From: Bigelowiella natans CCMP2755
Taxonomy: Eukaryota > Protista > Cercozoa
Length of the DNA: 64,000 bases
Direction: 5' to 3'
Assembly (NCBI GenBank): GCA_000320545.1
Contig: ADNK01003483.1
Span: 1 to 64,000, forward strand
Position numbers and translations under genes: made by a program
The notes under the pieces: generated by a model
Database searches by the model: none
What the model was told of the DNA's origin: nothing
What the model saw: the letters and a program-made list of their open reading frames with translations, nothing else
Shown here: piece after piece, positions 43,509-58,224 of the stretch
How the letters are laid out: each line of letters opens with the position of its first letter
Position numbering within the stretch: the stretch's first letter is position 1

Positions 43509-44399
43509 CCGAGAGTTGAAAATGCCATGTTTGGGATGATCATGATCGCCAGCTCCAAACTGAAACCGGCAAAAATGTCATGTTGTTTGGCACACAATGG
43601 AAGAAAAAGAAATGGGAGAGATCATGCATAGTTCTTCCGGTACGACCTGGAGGCATGTCTCAGCTGTTTTCATTTCATTCGACCGAACTTTGATACCTTG
43701 CGTGGGCCTGAGCCGAATGGGGGTTTTGCTTGGGTGCTGTGGCGGTGTGCGAAGTTTTGCGTGATGAGTTGACAAGAGGAGGAGAAGGAAAAAGGAGATT
43801 TTACCAATCAAGAAACTACAACTTAATGTCGCAGAAGAAAAACACAACCCGCTACTACAAGTTGAGAAGTCCGTCGGTTGGTAGAACTATCTCGTATTAC
43901 TGTTGGCAACAACACAACGTAAGTTGATGCTGCAACTTTGAGCTGCTGCTAAGTCATCGACAAGAGAACATCTTGGCCTGCATTCATTAACAACGACTTG
44001 CATTTTTCGTGAAATTTAACGTGTTTTGGTATGTAAGAGAATCACAGAGGATTTCGGTACTTCGACTTGGCTCTGATTGTGTCGTCGTCCTTTATCAGAG
44101 AATTAAAATCAGTGTACCGACGACCCTTTCTCGTACCGAGGCAGAAGAGCCTACTACCATGATCCTCCGCAGCTCAAGAACCATCACGCTAGTGCCAACA
44201 TCGAAGAACAAACGAAAGTGAGTTCGTAAAGCTTGTCAAGAACAGAAAAACTCGGTAGTGATCTTTGCACTCTAGTTAGAAGTGTCAGATTAAATTCACA
44301 TCGGAGAAATATCATCTGTCATAGTTTCAATGAAAATCTCATCGTGCTCATAAATTGTCACTGACAAACATTAGAAAATAGATAGGACGAAGATGAAGA

Positions 44400-44639
44400 C
44401 GTAAACAATCAAACTGGACTAGCGATGAAGACACTCGCCTCATTAAAGCTGTTCTTGCACCCTCGTGCAGCAATTGCGAATCCATTTTCCGTGCTGATTG
44501 CGACTGTAAATTGTTTTCTCAAGCGAAGAATTGGAGAGACATATCCATTCAGATGAGTAGTTATGATGTTATGATCACTATGATCATCGACGAATGCAAG
44601 CCAGGAAGAAAATTATTCGGAAGACAAGGGAGAAACTAG
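44400..44639 (+). pseudogene. Myb/SANT-like repeat fragment (possibly degenerate)
   Basis: RKQSNWTSDEDTRLIKAV...KNWRDISIQM in one frame. There is an in-frame stop just upstream and the third helix is not recognisable. Confidence 0.35.
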
Positions 44640-44799
44640 GTTGGAAACATCGAGCGCCATCCTTACTGCACGTTGTTTACCGCCATCATCAGATCAAAGG
44701 TGCAGACGTTACTAGCCGATACTTTCATCTCATTAGGACCCAAAGTAGAAAGACATTCCATCTAAAGTGATCAATGAACCATCGACGTCACGTACAATC

Positions 44800-46300
44800 A
44801 TTCTGCATGCTATGACATCACACACAGCTTCGAAGCATTTAGAAACGGGATCAGACATGTACATAATTTACAGAAGATTCCTTGTCGCCTATATTAGACA
44901 TGCTCAGCAATGATGTCAATACATGCACGTGCGTGCATGCGAGGACGCTATGCAAATGGATGTCAATTAGTGGATCGGATGGACTACGGTGGTCACTGTC
45001 AGCTGTTCCCTGTGCAACACGATGCGACACACAGTAGCATTCGCGTCTATGTTGCTATCACATGCTGACTAAATCTGCATTTTTCCATGCATGAGAGACA
45101 TTACAATGGAACATGTGTGGAGTTTGAGCGCTGTGGTCGCTCTAGCGTTCCTAGTTCCTAGCTAGCTAGGTTCTGACGTTGCTTTGCAATGAAGCTAGAC
45201 AGCCCATAGCAGCTCAGACTAGCAGAGCTAACATTGGGATGACCATTGGAAAAATTCAAATTGATCATCACATTCGTCTCGTGAATGTACTAACCTAGCT
45301 AGCTAGCTAGCTAGTGACATGAACAAACTAAATTGTGTCACATGTCACATGCTGGCATGCGCATGCACACCCCTGCTCTAGCAACTGCTAGACTAGGCAA
45401 GACTAGAAGAGCTAGCTAGCCCAATAGCCCTGCTAGCCTGCTCTGACCAACCCGTACGTTGCGGCAGCAGTAGCGCAGCTAGAGAGCTCTGCACTGGCAT
45501 CGTGTGCAGCGTGCATTGCTAGATTGCTAGATTGTCACGTTGCTAGTGTCAGCGCTGCGGCAGACCGAGCGATGGAGCGACACACGTGGCGCATGCATGC
45601 GTTGCAGCCCAGCAATGATGCATCGTTGCGTCGTGATCAGCACATGCATGCCACAAGGCTAGCATGCTTGCACCTAGCTGGACAATGTCATTGCGATGCT
45701 GCGAGCACTCGAAACATGCGCAATGTAGCTCAGCCATGCTAGTCAGTCTAGCGGTGTGCGCTGCTAGCTAGCTAGTGTGGCCACATTCGATCACAGCATC
45801 GCATGTGCGAGTGTGCCAGTGTAGCAGTGGTGCTAGAGTGCAACACCGCAAAGCAAATTGTCGAAAGCCTGACACGCGCACGCGTTGCTGGCTATTGGCC
45901 CGTACGTACATGATGCAGTGTCGTCAACGCAGGACCACGTACAATACAATGATGGCAACGTACGCGTCAAATGCACTGCGCACGGCATGGGACGCAGACG
46001 ATCGACGCGCTTGTACAGCATTGCGTGCTCATCCTTCTTATGGTGTTGCTGTGCATGTGTGCCATATGAATTCAATGATAAAAAAAGAAGCCTCGCATAT
46101 ATATGCCAGCATGTTGCATCATATCAAGGTTCTATGCGAAGATGTGCCATCTGCCAGCAAACAACAGCTCTCATACGTTCGTTGCACACAAGTCTTGAAG
46201 GTAGTGCTGCATTTTTTATTTCCTGCTTAGGTTACATAGCGTCGAACGTTGAACATAAAAATTACACCAATTATTGTGCATCATGCCATGCCTAATGTGA
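44800..46300. other. TpA-depleted, CTAG-rich island 4
   Basis: In 45120-45900 most remaining TA are in CTAG, including (CTAG)5 near 45295-45314. Confidence 0.8.
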
Positions 46301-46781
46301 CAACACACTACTACATAACTAGGATAATACCTTGGGGGTAAACATGGATGAACTAAGCACCTCTACTCGATGATGCAGCACGAATAGTTGCTTTACCTTG
46401 CACACCCCAGCATTGTAATCAACAAAATACTTTCCTCCACCATAATTACACGCAAAAGAAATACGCTTCCCAGCTCCTTCATCATTACTCTATACAAAGC
46501 GGACGGTCCTCCCAACCTAAAGGGATCACGGATAACCGATAAAACAACTTACAACACGATATTTTGGCGCCGGTATTCAAAAAAATAAAATTCTATTGTC
46601 TTCAAAGGGTACCCTCTTCAAAGGGGGGTGACTATGAATCCATGCTCATCATCATCATTTGAGTCTATTTCGGTATACTTGAAAACCATAAGGGGACTAC
46701 GAGTAATCTATGCTTATAATTTAGTAGTCCGGTATACTTGAAAACCATAATAATGTTGGAACTTGAGAATGGGCTGAACCT

Positions 46782-46814
<33 letters not shown>

Positions 46815-46989
46815 CACTACTAAGATATTATTTTGGGAGAAACAAGGAGTGTTTCATCAACTGGAAGTAGAAATGTTATTATTGAGGCATGTTGGAGATA
46901 TAGAAATGTTATTATTGAAGCTTGTTGGAGATTGATATGTGAATCATCATCCGTAAATTCAAGTAGTATTGTTCTCTAACAACAATAAC

Positions 46990-47912
46990 AACATTAATTC
47001 CTCCATTCTCTCAAAGACTAAGACTGACCTATTTCATGCTTGTGGCTTTCATACATCTCTCTTATTGCCGTTTCTAACTTTTTCTGGTACTCCGCTACTA
47101 GCTACGGTATTTCCATACACAAGACGCCAGTTATCATCACATAAACATTAAAATCATAAACACGCGTGATAAGTTAGTGGTAAAAATGGAAAATTATTTT
47201 AATTGAAGAATGCTACTGCTCTGTGGAAATAGAGGATAGGTATCGATATGATGGTGAGAATGAGTCCATTGATGTACCAATTGCTGAAATATTTCATCAC
47301 CAGCACGTAGTAAATGGGAAGGTAGTAATTAATATACATAACTTACCTCTCGTGAAGGATTTGGTGTTTTTTGTACCGGTATTGGTTTCCCAACCTTGAA
47401 GCAAGTGTGTTGTGTATTACGCAAAGACAAAGACAGACAGACAGACGGCAGCAACAATATAGAAAGAAGAAGAAGAACAACAACAACAATAACAACACAA
47501 ACACAAACTCCAACATGTTGTGATAAGGATGATGCAGCTATACAAACAAGATGTTACTGCTTTACAGAGCAGCTAGACTCTCTTCTGCATGAAAAAATCG
47601 AAAGTTATGAGTTATTATTAGGTTGCACCCCCCCTCTTGCACAACAGTAGCATCAGCAGCAGCGGCAGCAGAAGAGGAGGAGGAGTAAAAATGTAATGAT
47701 TCGATTCTTGCTTGGATCTCACCACGGAGACAATCCTTTGCCGAAAAGGTATTGGAAGACCGAATACACCATAGGGAAGCATAATAGATATCTGAGTCGG
47801 TAAAGTGAAAAGAGCGATAATAAAGCATAGTGGCGATGATGATGATGACGATGATGATGATGATGATGAAGATGCTGGTGGTGGTGATGATGATGATCTT
47901 TACCAGCGCAGC

Positions 47913-47948
<36 letters not shown>

Positions 47949-48563
47949 TATAGGGTTATCATCATATAATGATATGATATTGTATGCGTTTTGACGCATT
48001 ATTGCATGATTACACCATCACTACTCACTAACTAACAACTGCTACAACAACAACAACTACTACTACAACTTTAAGCCTTCTTGATATGAATGCTAAGAGT
48101 CCAGTCCTAGCGCAAGAAGTAGTAGCAGTAGTAGTAGTAGCAAACAAGAGCAATAAGCAACATGTATTTATATAGAAACACAACATAATCATCTGTAGCT
48201 GAGAGGAAGGAGGACTCAACGACAAAGCAGCATAAACGACGATGACGATGACAAAAATGATGATTTCTACTACTGGTACTTACTTCGACAACACTCTATT
48301 ATTCCTGTTCTTGTCACCACTCTTCTTTATCTTCTTCTTCTCGTATAGGATTGCTTCCATGAATTATATATCATGAATAGATCTATGTTGTAATGGTATT
48401 TCTATACAACCTGCCAATGACACGGAGGACTTGAGAGTTCCCAAAGTGAAACACTGGTATGATCTCCACTCCACTCTCAAGAGCTACCTGGAGGAAGGAG
48501 AGGAGAGAAGAAAGAACCAGTTTTTAATAAATACAAGCACATTCAATGTAATCTTAACAACGT

Positions 48564-48604
<41 letters not shown>

Positions 48605-48788
48605 TGTAATATGTGTGTGTTTGTGTGTGTGTTTTGCAGTGTTGATTATGGTCACATTCTTTGCAGACATGCAAGTAGTAGACCTACTAAAGTCATCATA
48701 CTACCCTACTGCCCCCCCCCCCCCACATTATCTTTCATCATCATCATTAGCAGCAGCATCATTAGCAGCAGCAGCAGCTAGTCTTTCC

Positions 48789-48824
<36 letters not shown>

Positions 48825-49215
48825 CATTTGTATCATCAGCACTACCTTTATATACCCGAACCGTTTCTGGATGATGATGATCATCATCATTTATAGCAAG
48901 CAAGCGTGAGGAGGGGGAGGAGGAGGAGGAGGAGGAGGGGTGGAGATTAATATGAAAGAAATACCAAGGAGCGAAGAATCAGGACGACAGAAAAGATGAT
49001 ATGAGGATGTTCCAACAAATGCTCTACAATTTTCACGCGCTACCTTCTCGTAAAGGCATTAATAATGATTTTTGTTACTACTTCCAATGACTATTGTAAT
49101 TTCTTCAAACTACACGATGAGCGCAAGCTGCTCAATAGTTTCACTCTACAAGAAGTAGAAGTGGAGAGAATAAACGACAATTATCATTATAACCTTCATT
49201 CTCTCTGGCTCTCTG

Positions 49216-49259
<44 letters not shown>

Positions 49260-49393
49260 TAAATGGCGGCTAGTTGACCGTACGTTTCCCTTCTATTACT
49301 ACCTCTCCTACCATCACCACCTTAAAGTATATTCTCTCTCGGTTCTCCTCCACCATAAACATCTCAGCAATGCTGATGATTGATGATGACAAA

Positions 49394-49426
<33 letters not shown>

Positions 49427-50399
49427 CAACAAGATTACAGAGTAGTAGGTACGAGACCAACCTAAATAATAATTCGTAAATGTACATCTGCTGCCAAAAG
49501 TAGGCACTAAGTGACTCACTGCATTCAATCATGATTGAGTTTAATCACCTCGAAAATATATTATCTCATTAAAACTACTACTGCTACTATGCTACTATAT
49601 GTCTATTAGGATGTGATCATGCATGCTGGCATGTTGTAATTACCCTCCTGGTAGAACACTACATGCCCCAGCACTCTCGAAAGCATCCAGAAAGTTCTTG
49701 TAGAGCATACACACAAAAAAGGTCAATAGAAGTAATTGCTTTGTAACTCCAGTAGATGATTTTTCATCGTCCATAAAAGTGATGATACAAGCTACTATTT
49801 ATGAATTCAAAACGGGTAATGATAGGACCATGCGGTTTTGTCAAAAGAGAGAGAATTGCAAGAAAATATGATGAATTGATCATCCGTGTTAGTTAGCATA
49901 TCCGTGTTGTGAAACATATATATAAGTAATGAGAAAACAGCCGGCAGCCGTGATTTATTTGAATATGATCTTTTCTGAAATTTTAACAGCACATACTTAT
50001 AGTTATTATTATTACCTCTTTCGTTGCTGGTATTGATCCTAACATGGCGAAGATATGCCGCACCTAATGAAGACTTGATATGTTTCTTGTTGTTTGTTGA
50101 TATTGTTCTTCTTGTTCTTCTTGTGGTTTTTCACATTATCATCATCAAATTCACCAAGGGAATGTAATTGAGGATTGTTGCTGAAAGGCCACGCACCGTC
50201 CTGTAGTAAGTCAGGGGGGGGAGGGATCATGGGATGGTGATGGGATTAAATAAAGCAACATCAGCAGCAATTAAATTTATAATAAGTAACTTCTTAAAGA
50301 GTGTTTTGGTGTAGTGTGTACTCATAGTCTTTTCATGCATGTGCGTAATGTTGTGGATAACAAGACAAATGAATCATAATTCACACACACAAACACACA

Positions 50400-50440
<41 letters not shown>

Positions 50441-50459
50441 CAAATTTAGGGTGTATATT

Positions 50460-50494
<35 letters not shown>

Positions 50495-51960
50495 GAAGCA
50501 AGCAGCTGGTGAAGGACCTTCCCAAACTCTTATATCGTTTATAGTGTCCATCAAAGTACGTTGCTATCAGCACAGTCGCCATTGGAAAGCTTCCGTGAGG
50601 GTACTGTTTTATTTATAGAACGATTGTTGCGACACAAAGGACACAAAGCACACACAAACTCATACGAAATAAGAATAAATGCTGACGAATACGTGAAAAC
50701 AGATAGATCATTTATTGTCCAATAACGAATTTAGGGAGAAGTATGAGCTTTGTGGTGATAATTGATTGATGGCCACACAAATAGTAGCAGTAGTATCATT
50801 GAAAACAAATCGTTCTCCCGTTCCTTCTTGATGAAAAACCATCATATCACCAGATGATATCGAAACGAATGGAAATCATCAACCATTTCTTCGTGATGAT
50901 TCAACGTTGGGGAACATCCCCCTCCCTCCCTTCCCCCACTTCCCATATACCACCTCGACTAGCATGTAACGCTTTTCAGGGTTGATGAGCATCTCTTCCC
51001 CTAAGTTAATTTTGCGGTACCCGAAATCTACAACAAATGGGTGAGGGAGGGGGCGTAAGTAAATATGTGTTTCGAATTTTCATTTGAGAAATACATCTTG
51101 ATATCATTCGTGTGTGCGTTCCTCCGCCCCCCCCCCCCCCCCTCTCTGTCTCTTGCAATCCCATACATTTATGAAGGTACTTCCACACAGGTAAATGCAA
51201 CGCTGTCTCCGAATATCCCACTGGAACGAATAGTGTTGAGAAAAGCACCTAGGAAGAACCAATCAATCAATCAATCAATACACGATATATACAGCTTCTA
51301 CCACTAGGTGATATAATTCATATCCATCACCAAAAGGATTGTAAATGGAAGCTGCATTGACCCCGTGTACAACCAGTAGGCGATACAGCCGGTAACAAGG
51401 GCGAAAACAATCTGAAAACTGATCATGAAGTAAGGCCACACAAATAAAATGTTTGATGAGAATATATCGTATTATCACAAAAATCGATTTTTAACATAAC
51501 CCAAAATCAAAAATTGGAAAACTTTATTATCCATCCCTGCAAAGCAATTCATTAGTTTGAACAACGAGTCATTTGCTGCAAATTCGTCGTGTATTAAAAT
51601 TTCGAATAGTAGTTAAAACAAAGATGATTATCAGTCTAACCCTAGGACACTACTACTAAGTACTAATACTAGTAGTATAATCGATGACTAGTAATCTAAT
51701 CACCTTCCAACCACCAGAAGTAACGTTGTCCAGGCCACCATGAGTTCAAACAGGCTCATGGGATCCAAATCCCCTATATATGTAATATATATCATACTGC
51801 AGTACTGCGATTAACATCTACTACCTGCTGTAGTCTTAGTCTCTCCTTGGGGAGATAATAATGAGGTTTCAGAAGTAGCATCATCCTTCTTCCCCCCCTT
51901 CGTTCCGAGTCGTTGTGCTGTCGTATTATCTGCAGAGTTGTTGCTTGCTGCTGTAATTTT
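46990..51960 (-). CDS. Diacylglycerol/monoacylglycerol acyltransferase (DGAT2/MOGAT family), multi-exon; terminal exons approximate
   Basis: TM segments, then WKYLHK|YFGYRKINLGEEMLINPEKRYMLVE|YPHGSFPM, SVLPG, VALESGVEIIPVFHFGNSQVL, MLPYGVFGLPIPFRQRIVSV|VGKPIPV...PNPSRE, AIREMYESHKHEIG. Confidence 0.88.
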
Positions 51961-52329
51961 TCATAAATTGCTCACAGAAAAGGAGGAAGACAACAAGATC
52001 ATCAACTTAGCTACTATAAGCTTTACACCTGTCATCAATTTTCACGTTGAGGGGCCCAGTTGACTACAGAGATCACGGAGGGGGCTGAGGCCCGCTCGGG
52101 GGAAATGTACAGAAAGAATTTTCGATGACAAATCTATCCAGAGATTGTTGATCGAGTCGCATTTTTATCCTGCGACAAGACTTTTAAGTAACGACATGCG
52201 AAGAATCCAGGAAATTTATTCAGTTTCCTTCTCTGCTAAATCTTCACAGTAGCATCTAGTGGGAATTGAGGATGCGACATGACTTGGATGATGTCTTAGA
52301 CTTACAATTTCTGTGTATTATGTGCAGGA

Positions 52330-53205
52330 TGGAGTAACGGTGAGTCGCTCAGACAACTTATTATTACTTCTAAGTTTAAAAACGAAGTCTATTTTCAAGT
52401 GTGAGACTTGATTTTCACCGATTTTACAGCAATAATGGAGATCACCCTCAGCTGCAGAATTGTTTGCTATCTCTTAAACGAGGGATGATCTACCGAACAC
52501 CCCCACTTCTTTATCTTCTCCCTGCTGGACATTTTCTCTGCCTGGGAGGTGGCAAAATGGAATGGGTTAAGGGGGTGGTGTCGTCCATGGGGGATGTTGT
52601 TCGCACAGTGACAAATTAAAAAAAATGTTTCTTCTAGTGGTCTACCCGTAGGTCACGGCCTCCTAAGTAAACGGTGGTCTCATAATGGAAGGCTTCACGA
52701 ATACGAAAAGAATGGCGATGGGGAGGAGTCAAAACGACGGATTCGGGTACTTCAATAGGTCGAATAAGAGGAACTCCAGACGAGCCCAAAATTATAGAAA
52801 AAAATCACGTCTGCCATCTTCACCAAGCAGCGGCATATCTGATAGAAATGCCTTCACCACAGCCGGTTAGAGCACAAATACCTAACATGACGAAATGTAA
52901 TAAACGACTCATCAAGACCGATTTTACATATATCTCCGTGCATAATACTCTATGTCTTTCAAATTGTCTGTCTTCAGCGGGAGGGACTATGAAGGACACT
53001 CTGCCGTGGAAGAAGGCCGAATACGTCAGAAACACAGGAAGGAAGATTGTTTCTGGTGGAAATTATATGCCCAACAGCAACAAAATGGGGTAGTAAATGA
53101 GGCAGAAGAGAGATAGAGAGAGGGGGAGGGAGGGGGGGGGGGGGGGAGAATTGAAGATTTACTTATAGAAAGGAACTGATATAAATATGAACAGGTATGA
53201 TGGAG

Positions 53206-53249
<44 letters not shown>

Positions 53250-54175
53250 TATTTATTTATATATGCCACAACAATTTACCATGCCGGCATGCTTCATTAC
53301 TGAGTTGATGGCTGTCGTCATCGTGACTCACTCACTCACTCACTCACTACGACAGAACATCGTATCACCAAACTCGTCGTTCATTCGAGCTGGCCTCGCT
53401 CAAAAACACAGTCGCAACACCACCCCTTCGTTGTTATCCAGGGATTAACAGTAACAGTAGTATTAGTAGCAGTGGGGGCGTTTTGATGAAATACAAGTGC
53501 CGTTCTCCTGGTGCGAGAGCCATTCGTCGTAGCAATCATACATGGTCTCCTCCCCGCCGTCAGAGGAAGTTGGATCTCCGTACAACCTATCCCGGGATGG
53601 GGGTATCCAAAACGAGAGAGCAACAACGGTCTACAGTAGATATAGATCATCTACACCCTGGTGGAACTGGAGGGAGGGTTGCTGGTGGAGGAGCACGAAT
53701 TCAGGGAAAAGGGGGGTTTAGGGCTAGTACAAGGAATGGACGATCTGCTTTAGATTATACTATAGGTTCTCGCCAAAGACGAGGACTACAACGCCGACAA
53801 AAGGTGGTGGGACAACGGCGTGAGTCAAACTCGGCTGCCAGTACTATGTTTCCCTCCTCCTCAAAGCAGCGGCAGCACAGCTCTCCTCCTCCTCCTCCTC
53901 CTCCTCCTCCTCCAACTGTGTCTTCTGGATCCTTTGTCTCGACAACAACGCAGAGGATCAATCAAAAGCAGCAGGCAAGGAATAATAATCACCCTCTTCA
54001 AACGATCAAAGACAGTCTCACGCAAATTGCAAGGATAAGAGAAAGGGGAGGTGAAAGCAAATCGGGTAGCATTGCACTTCACATTTCAAGGTGATATAAT
54101 ATAATAATAGTACGTGTTTCGCTGCTTATCTGATATATCTAACATACTTTAAAGTGATATAAATATTATATAATA

Positions 54176-54244
<69 letters not shown>

Positions 54245-54780
54245 CACAATTCTTCGGTATAAATATTTGCTTGTCTTCTTTCTCTCAATTGACAGATACG
54301 GCCTTGGAAAAAGGCTTTCAAAGAAGGAAATGGAAATAGTTGACCGCCTCGTACAACAGCTTGATAGCTATTCTAACATGCTCATAGAAAGGGCGAAATC
54401 AGATCATACGATGGCCAAGGCCATGAAGATGATCAGTAAGCTCAATGAGATCAAGGAAAAATTTAAAGTGGGTAAACCATTAGGAGGTGGAACAGTTTGG
54501 TACTATCGAGAAGGTGCTGCCCAATTTTCTCTAAATCTGCTGAGGCATGTTGAAACCATAGTACCTGCTGCTCCCCGCACAGAAGCAGGGCAGGGTGTGT
54601 GAGAGTAGTGTTCGATTGCTTGTTTAATAACGCAAAGTTTGTTGCATTACCTATCATCGGCAGCAGACAACTACTTACACTCACTCACTCATCTGCCCAC
54701 TCATGTTCTGGATTAATTATCATTAATTTGGAATAAAGAAATTAGCAAATTTAGCTTTTGCTTTGCAACTAAGAATGTGA
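52330..54780 (+). CDS. Hypothetical basic low-complexity protein with a helical C-terminal region (multi-exon)
   Basis: Spliceable exons, e.g. ...GSIALHISR|YGLGKRLSKKEMEIVDRLVQQLDSYSNML...EAGQG|...KLANLAFALQLRM*. No family recognised. Confidence 0.5.
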
Positions 54781-54819
54781 GAGCACTCGATGAGTCATGA
54801 AATAAAGAATTCGCACTGC

Positions 54820-55600
54820 ACCTCTAGCTAGACCTCTGAGCGTCGATCATGCTTCGCATCATCCAACAAATTTACTCGTAGCAGTGGTTGCACATTCGAT
54901 CAGGCGGTCTAGCGGTGCTTGCAATCTAGTTCTACAGTTCATCATTTGGGCATGCTAGCTAGCTAGCATGCAGCTTGTCGCACTCACCACACGCACCTAG
55001 CTAGCTTGTCTAGGCACAACATTGTGTAGCAGCAATGTGCGGTGCGCGCACTTGCTAAGCTAGCTATAGATATTATAGACAGTAGTTAAGCTAGACAGAA
55101 GATCGATCGAAGGATGCCTAGCAGACATGCTACCATGCGGGCAAACTGACACGCACTGCCTTGATGTTCGATCGATGCGCCGCGCTAGCACGTCTAGACG
55201 TGCTACATTCTTTTAGACTCCCCCTTGCGTGCAGTACGTAGCATGAGCATCGCACATGTGTATGTGGTGATGATCCATTGTGATGATGTGCGCTAGCAGT
55301 GCGGTCAAGACATTTGCAACGCTGTCATTGCTAGATTGCCATGCTGGTCTTGTTAGCTCATGCATGGTTTGATACTATAAACACAGTATATATTGTTGAT
55401 GCATGTAACGGTGGAATGCTAGAATGTCATCTAGTCATTCCAGCAAGCTAGCAAGGCAAACAGGCCAGCAGGAGAGCTGCACAAATGTGTGTTCCACGGG
55501 CTCGCAAACAGAGCTATGCTATCGTGCTGTTGCGTCATTACACGACAAAATTCATTTTTAAACCGCTATTGGCTTGATGATAAATTTGCATTTGAATTCT
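54820..55600. other. Partially TpA-depleted, CTAG/palindrome-rich island 5 (convergent intergenic)
   Basis: Dense CTAG, TGCA and CATG. Perfect palindromes at 54950-54971 and 55186-55205. Confidence 0.7.
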
Positions 55601-55840
55601 AGTGCTTGCTTCAAAGATTGCATACTAGTGTTCTTATTCTGACGATCGAATCAAAATAGAGAAGAATAGAATCATGCTGCATATACAGCTGTAGATACAA
55701 TATGTCAGCTTGTAACTTCAGTTTTCGGTAGTACACTAACTGCATTTTCTTCTCTGCTGCACGCAAGACCATTAAGAAACCACGTGCAACAACCACAAAA
55801 GATGATAATCGATAGTAACGATGATGGTGATACGATGATA

Positions 55841-55871
<31 letters not shown>

Positions 55872-55931
55872 CGATGATGATGACGACAGGTTCACGTTTG
55901 CTATAGCTTTCACGGATCGATCATGTTGAAT

Positions 55932-55962
<31 letters not shown>

Positions 55963-55967
<5 letters not shown>

Positions 55968-56553
55968 GCCTAGACTGCTGCTGCATCTGGTGGTTTGAAA
56001 CACGATTGAGCTCTTTTCGCTCCTTATCTTTCATTTTAGCCTATATGCAGTAGTGATAATTTAATCCATTAGGATTATAGATTAATACAAACGAACAAAC
56101 AAACAAACAAACGGTGAGATAATCTATCTTGAGCAAATATCAAGACACAGTACGACTACGATAACAACAAATATACAGCAGCAGCAGTAGCAATTACTTA
56201 TTATAAATATTGCTCACTCCCAACTCAACTATGTTAATCATATCATCATCATCACATTACACGTTATACATATGTTATAATCACGCTTATTACATGAAGA
56301 TGACGAGCCTTTCCTGGCAGCCAACTACGCAATTCTCCAGCCTAAACAACAGATACCGACCAACCACATGCACAATATTGTATGTAGTTGTATTTGCATG
56401 TGAATGTATATTATAGATGTAATCGTCCAATCATCATCGTAGTGAGATGCATATACCGAACGTACTTGCATAGTACCTACTATTGTGTACTATCAATCAA
56501 TTCGAACACCAGTAGTAGTAGTAGTAGCAGTAGTAGTAGTAGGAAAAGACATT

Positions 56554-56592
<39 letters not shown>

Positions 56593-56941
56593 TACACACA
56601 CATAATATATGATACTCCTAGTACTACCTCTTTGATGAACTTCATTTCAAGTAGCTCATCTATTGGACATCGTTGTGAAGGATCTTTTTGCAGAGAGGCA
56701 ATGACAAAGTCACATATAGGCTCAGAGTACTTGTCCTTAGCCAATCGAGGCTCAGGATTATTGATCGATCGTTGCATGGCTATTTGAGGCGCTTTATTGT
56801 AGTATGGAACCTGTAGGAGAAGAACAAGAACAACAAGAAGAAAAGGAGATACCAGTGGGAAAAACCACCATTCACACTTCACTATCATTCATATCCGCAA
56901 GATGCTGTTTGTTTATTTTTTAGTCATAAGTCCTTATGTAA

Positions 56942-56976
<35 letters not shown>

Positions 56977-57188
56977 TATTTCATGCATTTGTATTGCTAC
57001 AACACCTTTCCAGTGACGATTTCCACGCAAGTGACTCCCAATGACCACACATCTACCAGCTATATCAGATATGTTTTATTAACCAACAGATATGTTGTAT
57101 TGACCATCATCAGTAATAATAATCACTATAGTAGTCATAGAAAGAGAATAGAGCAATAGCTGACGCTGTGTGAGCGATTAGATGATCA

Positions 57189-57258
<70 letters not shown>

Positions 57259-57838
57259 ATACTCGTAGTGTTCTGATTGGTGTCTTAAGCTCGATAATGA
57301 CATATTGTTGTTGTTCTTGCTGGTTATTATTGCTATTCTTCTTGATGTTGTTGGGCTTGAATTATTCTCAATAGTGTTGCTCTCTATCGTCATCGTATAG
57401 ATGTGATGATGATCATTACCTGATCATAAGGTTCATTCCTAATAACTTCCGGTGCCATCCAATAAGGTGACCCCACGTATGTTGTCGCGAGACGCGTATT
57501 CCCTTTATACCAGGATCATTCATCATCAAATCAGAAGTAGTACCCTGCTCCTACTACTATTAAAATTACTACTACTACTACTACTACCACTACTACTGCT
57601 ACTACTACCAACACACATTTGAACATACAGACCTCCTAGAGAACGGACGCATCCAAAATCTGCCAACTTCACTTCCCCTGAAATAGACCATAAGATGTTT
57701 GCAGCCTTCAAATCCCTACAGAACATATATAACACTTAATGAAGGACACATAAGAGGCAAGATGGTGATGGGGGTGAGAATAAATAGTAAACAACGGCAA
57801 AATGGGGAATGAGAGGAAGAAGAAAAAGTATGATAATA

Positions 57839-57874
<36 letters not shown>

Positions 57875-58176
57875 CTATGGAACTTCTTATACTTATTCCA
57901 CAAAAACGATAGGCCGAGGAGAGCCTCTCGCATCACAACTGCTACTGCCTCCTATAACATTATTAGGATCGATGTATCAATCAATCAATCAATAAACAAA
58001 TGTAGCAGCAGCTCTGCTAAACAATATCTCTCGTACATGCAATACAATATAACTAGTATCTTTTGATTTGGTAGTGTGTATTTTGGAATATGTAAACAAT
58101 TCATAATTTGTATTGTGATCGTCATTTGTTCTTCTATGGTAAGAGAACATATACGACAGCATTGTTCATAACAACA

Positions 58177-58224
<48 letters not shown>

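Noticed and set aside
46671-46750. 21-bp direct repeat with a 38-bp spacer (CRISPR-like geometry)
   Set aside because: Only two copies, eukaryotic context and no cas genes; a local duplication.
50995-51005. Suspected frameshift in a DGAT2 exon
   Set aside because: Recounting the C-run shows the exon is in frame (KINLGEEMLINPEKRY).
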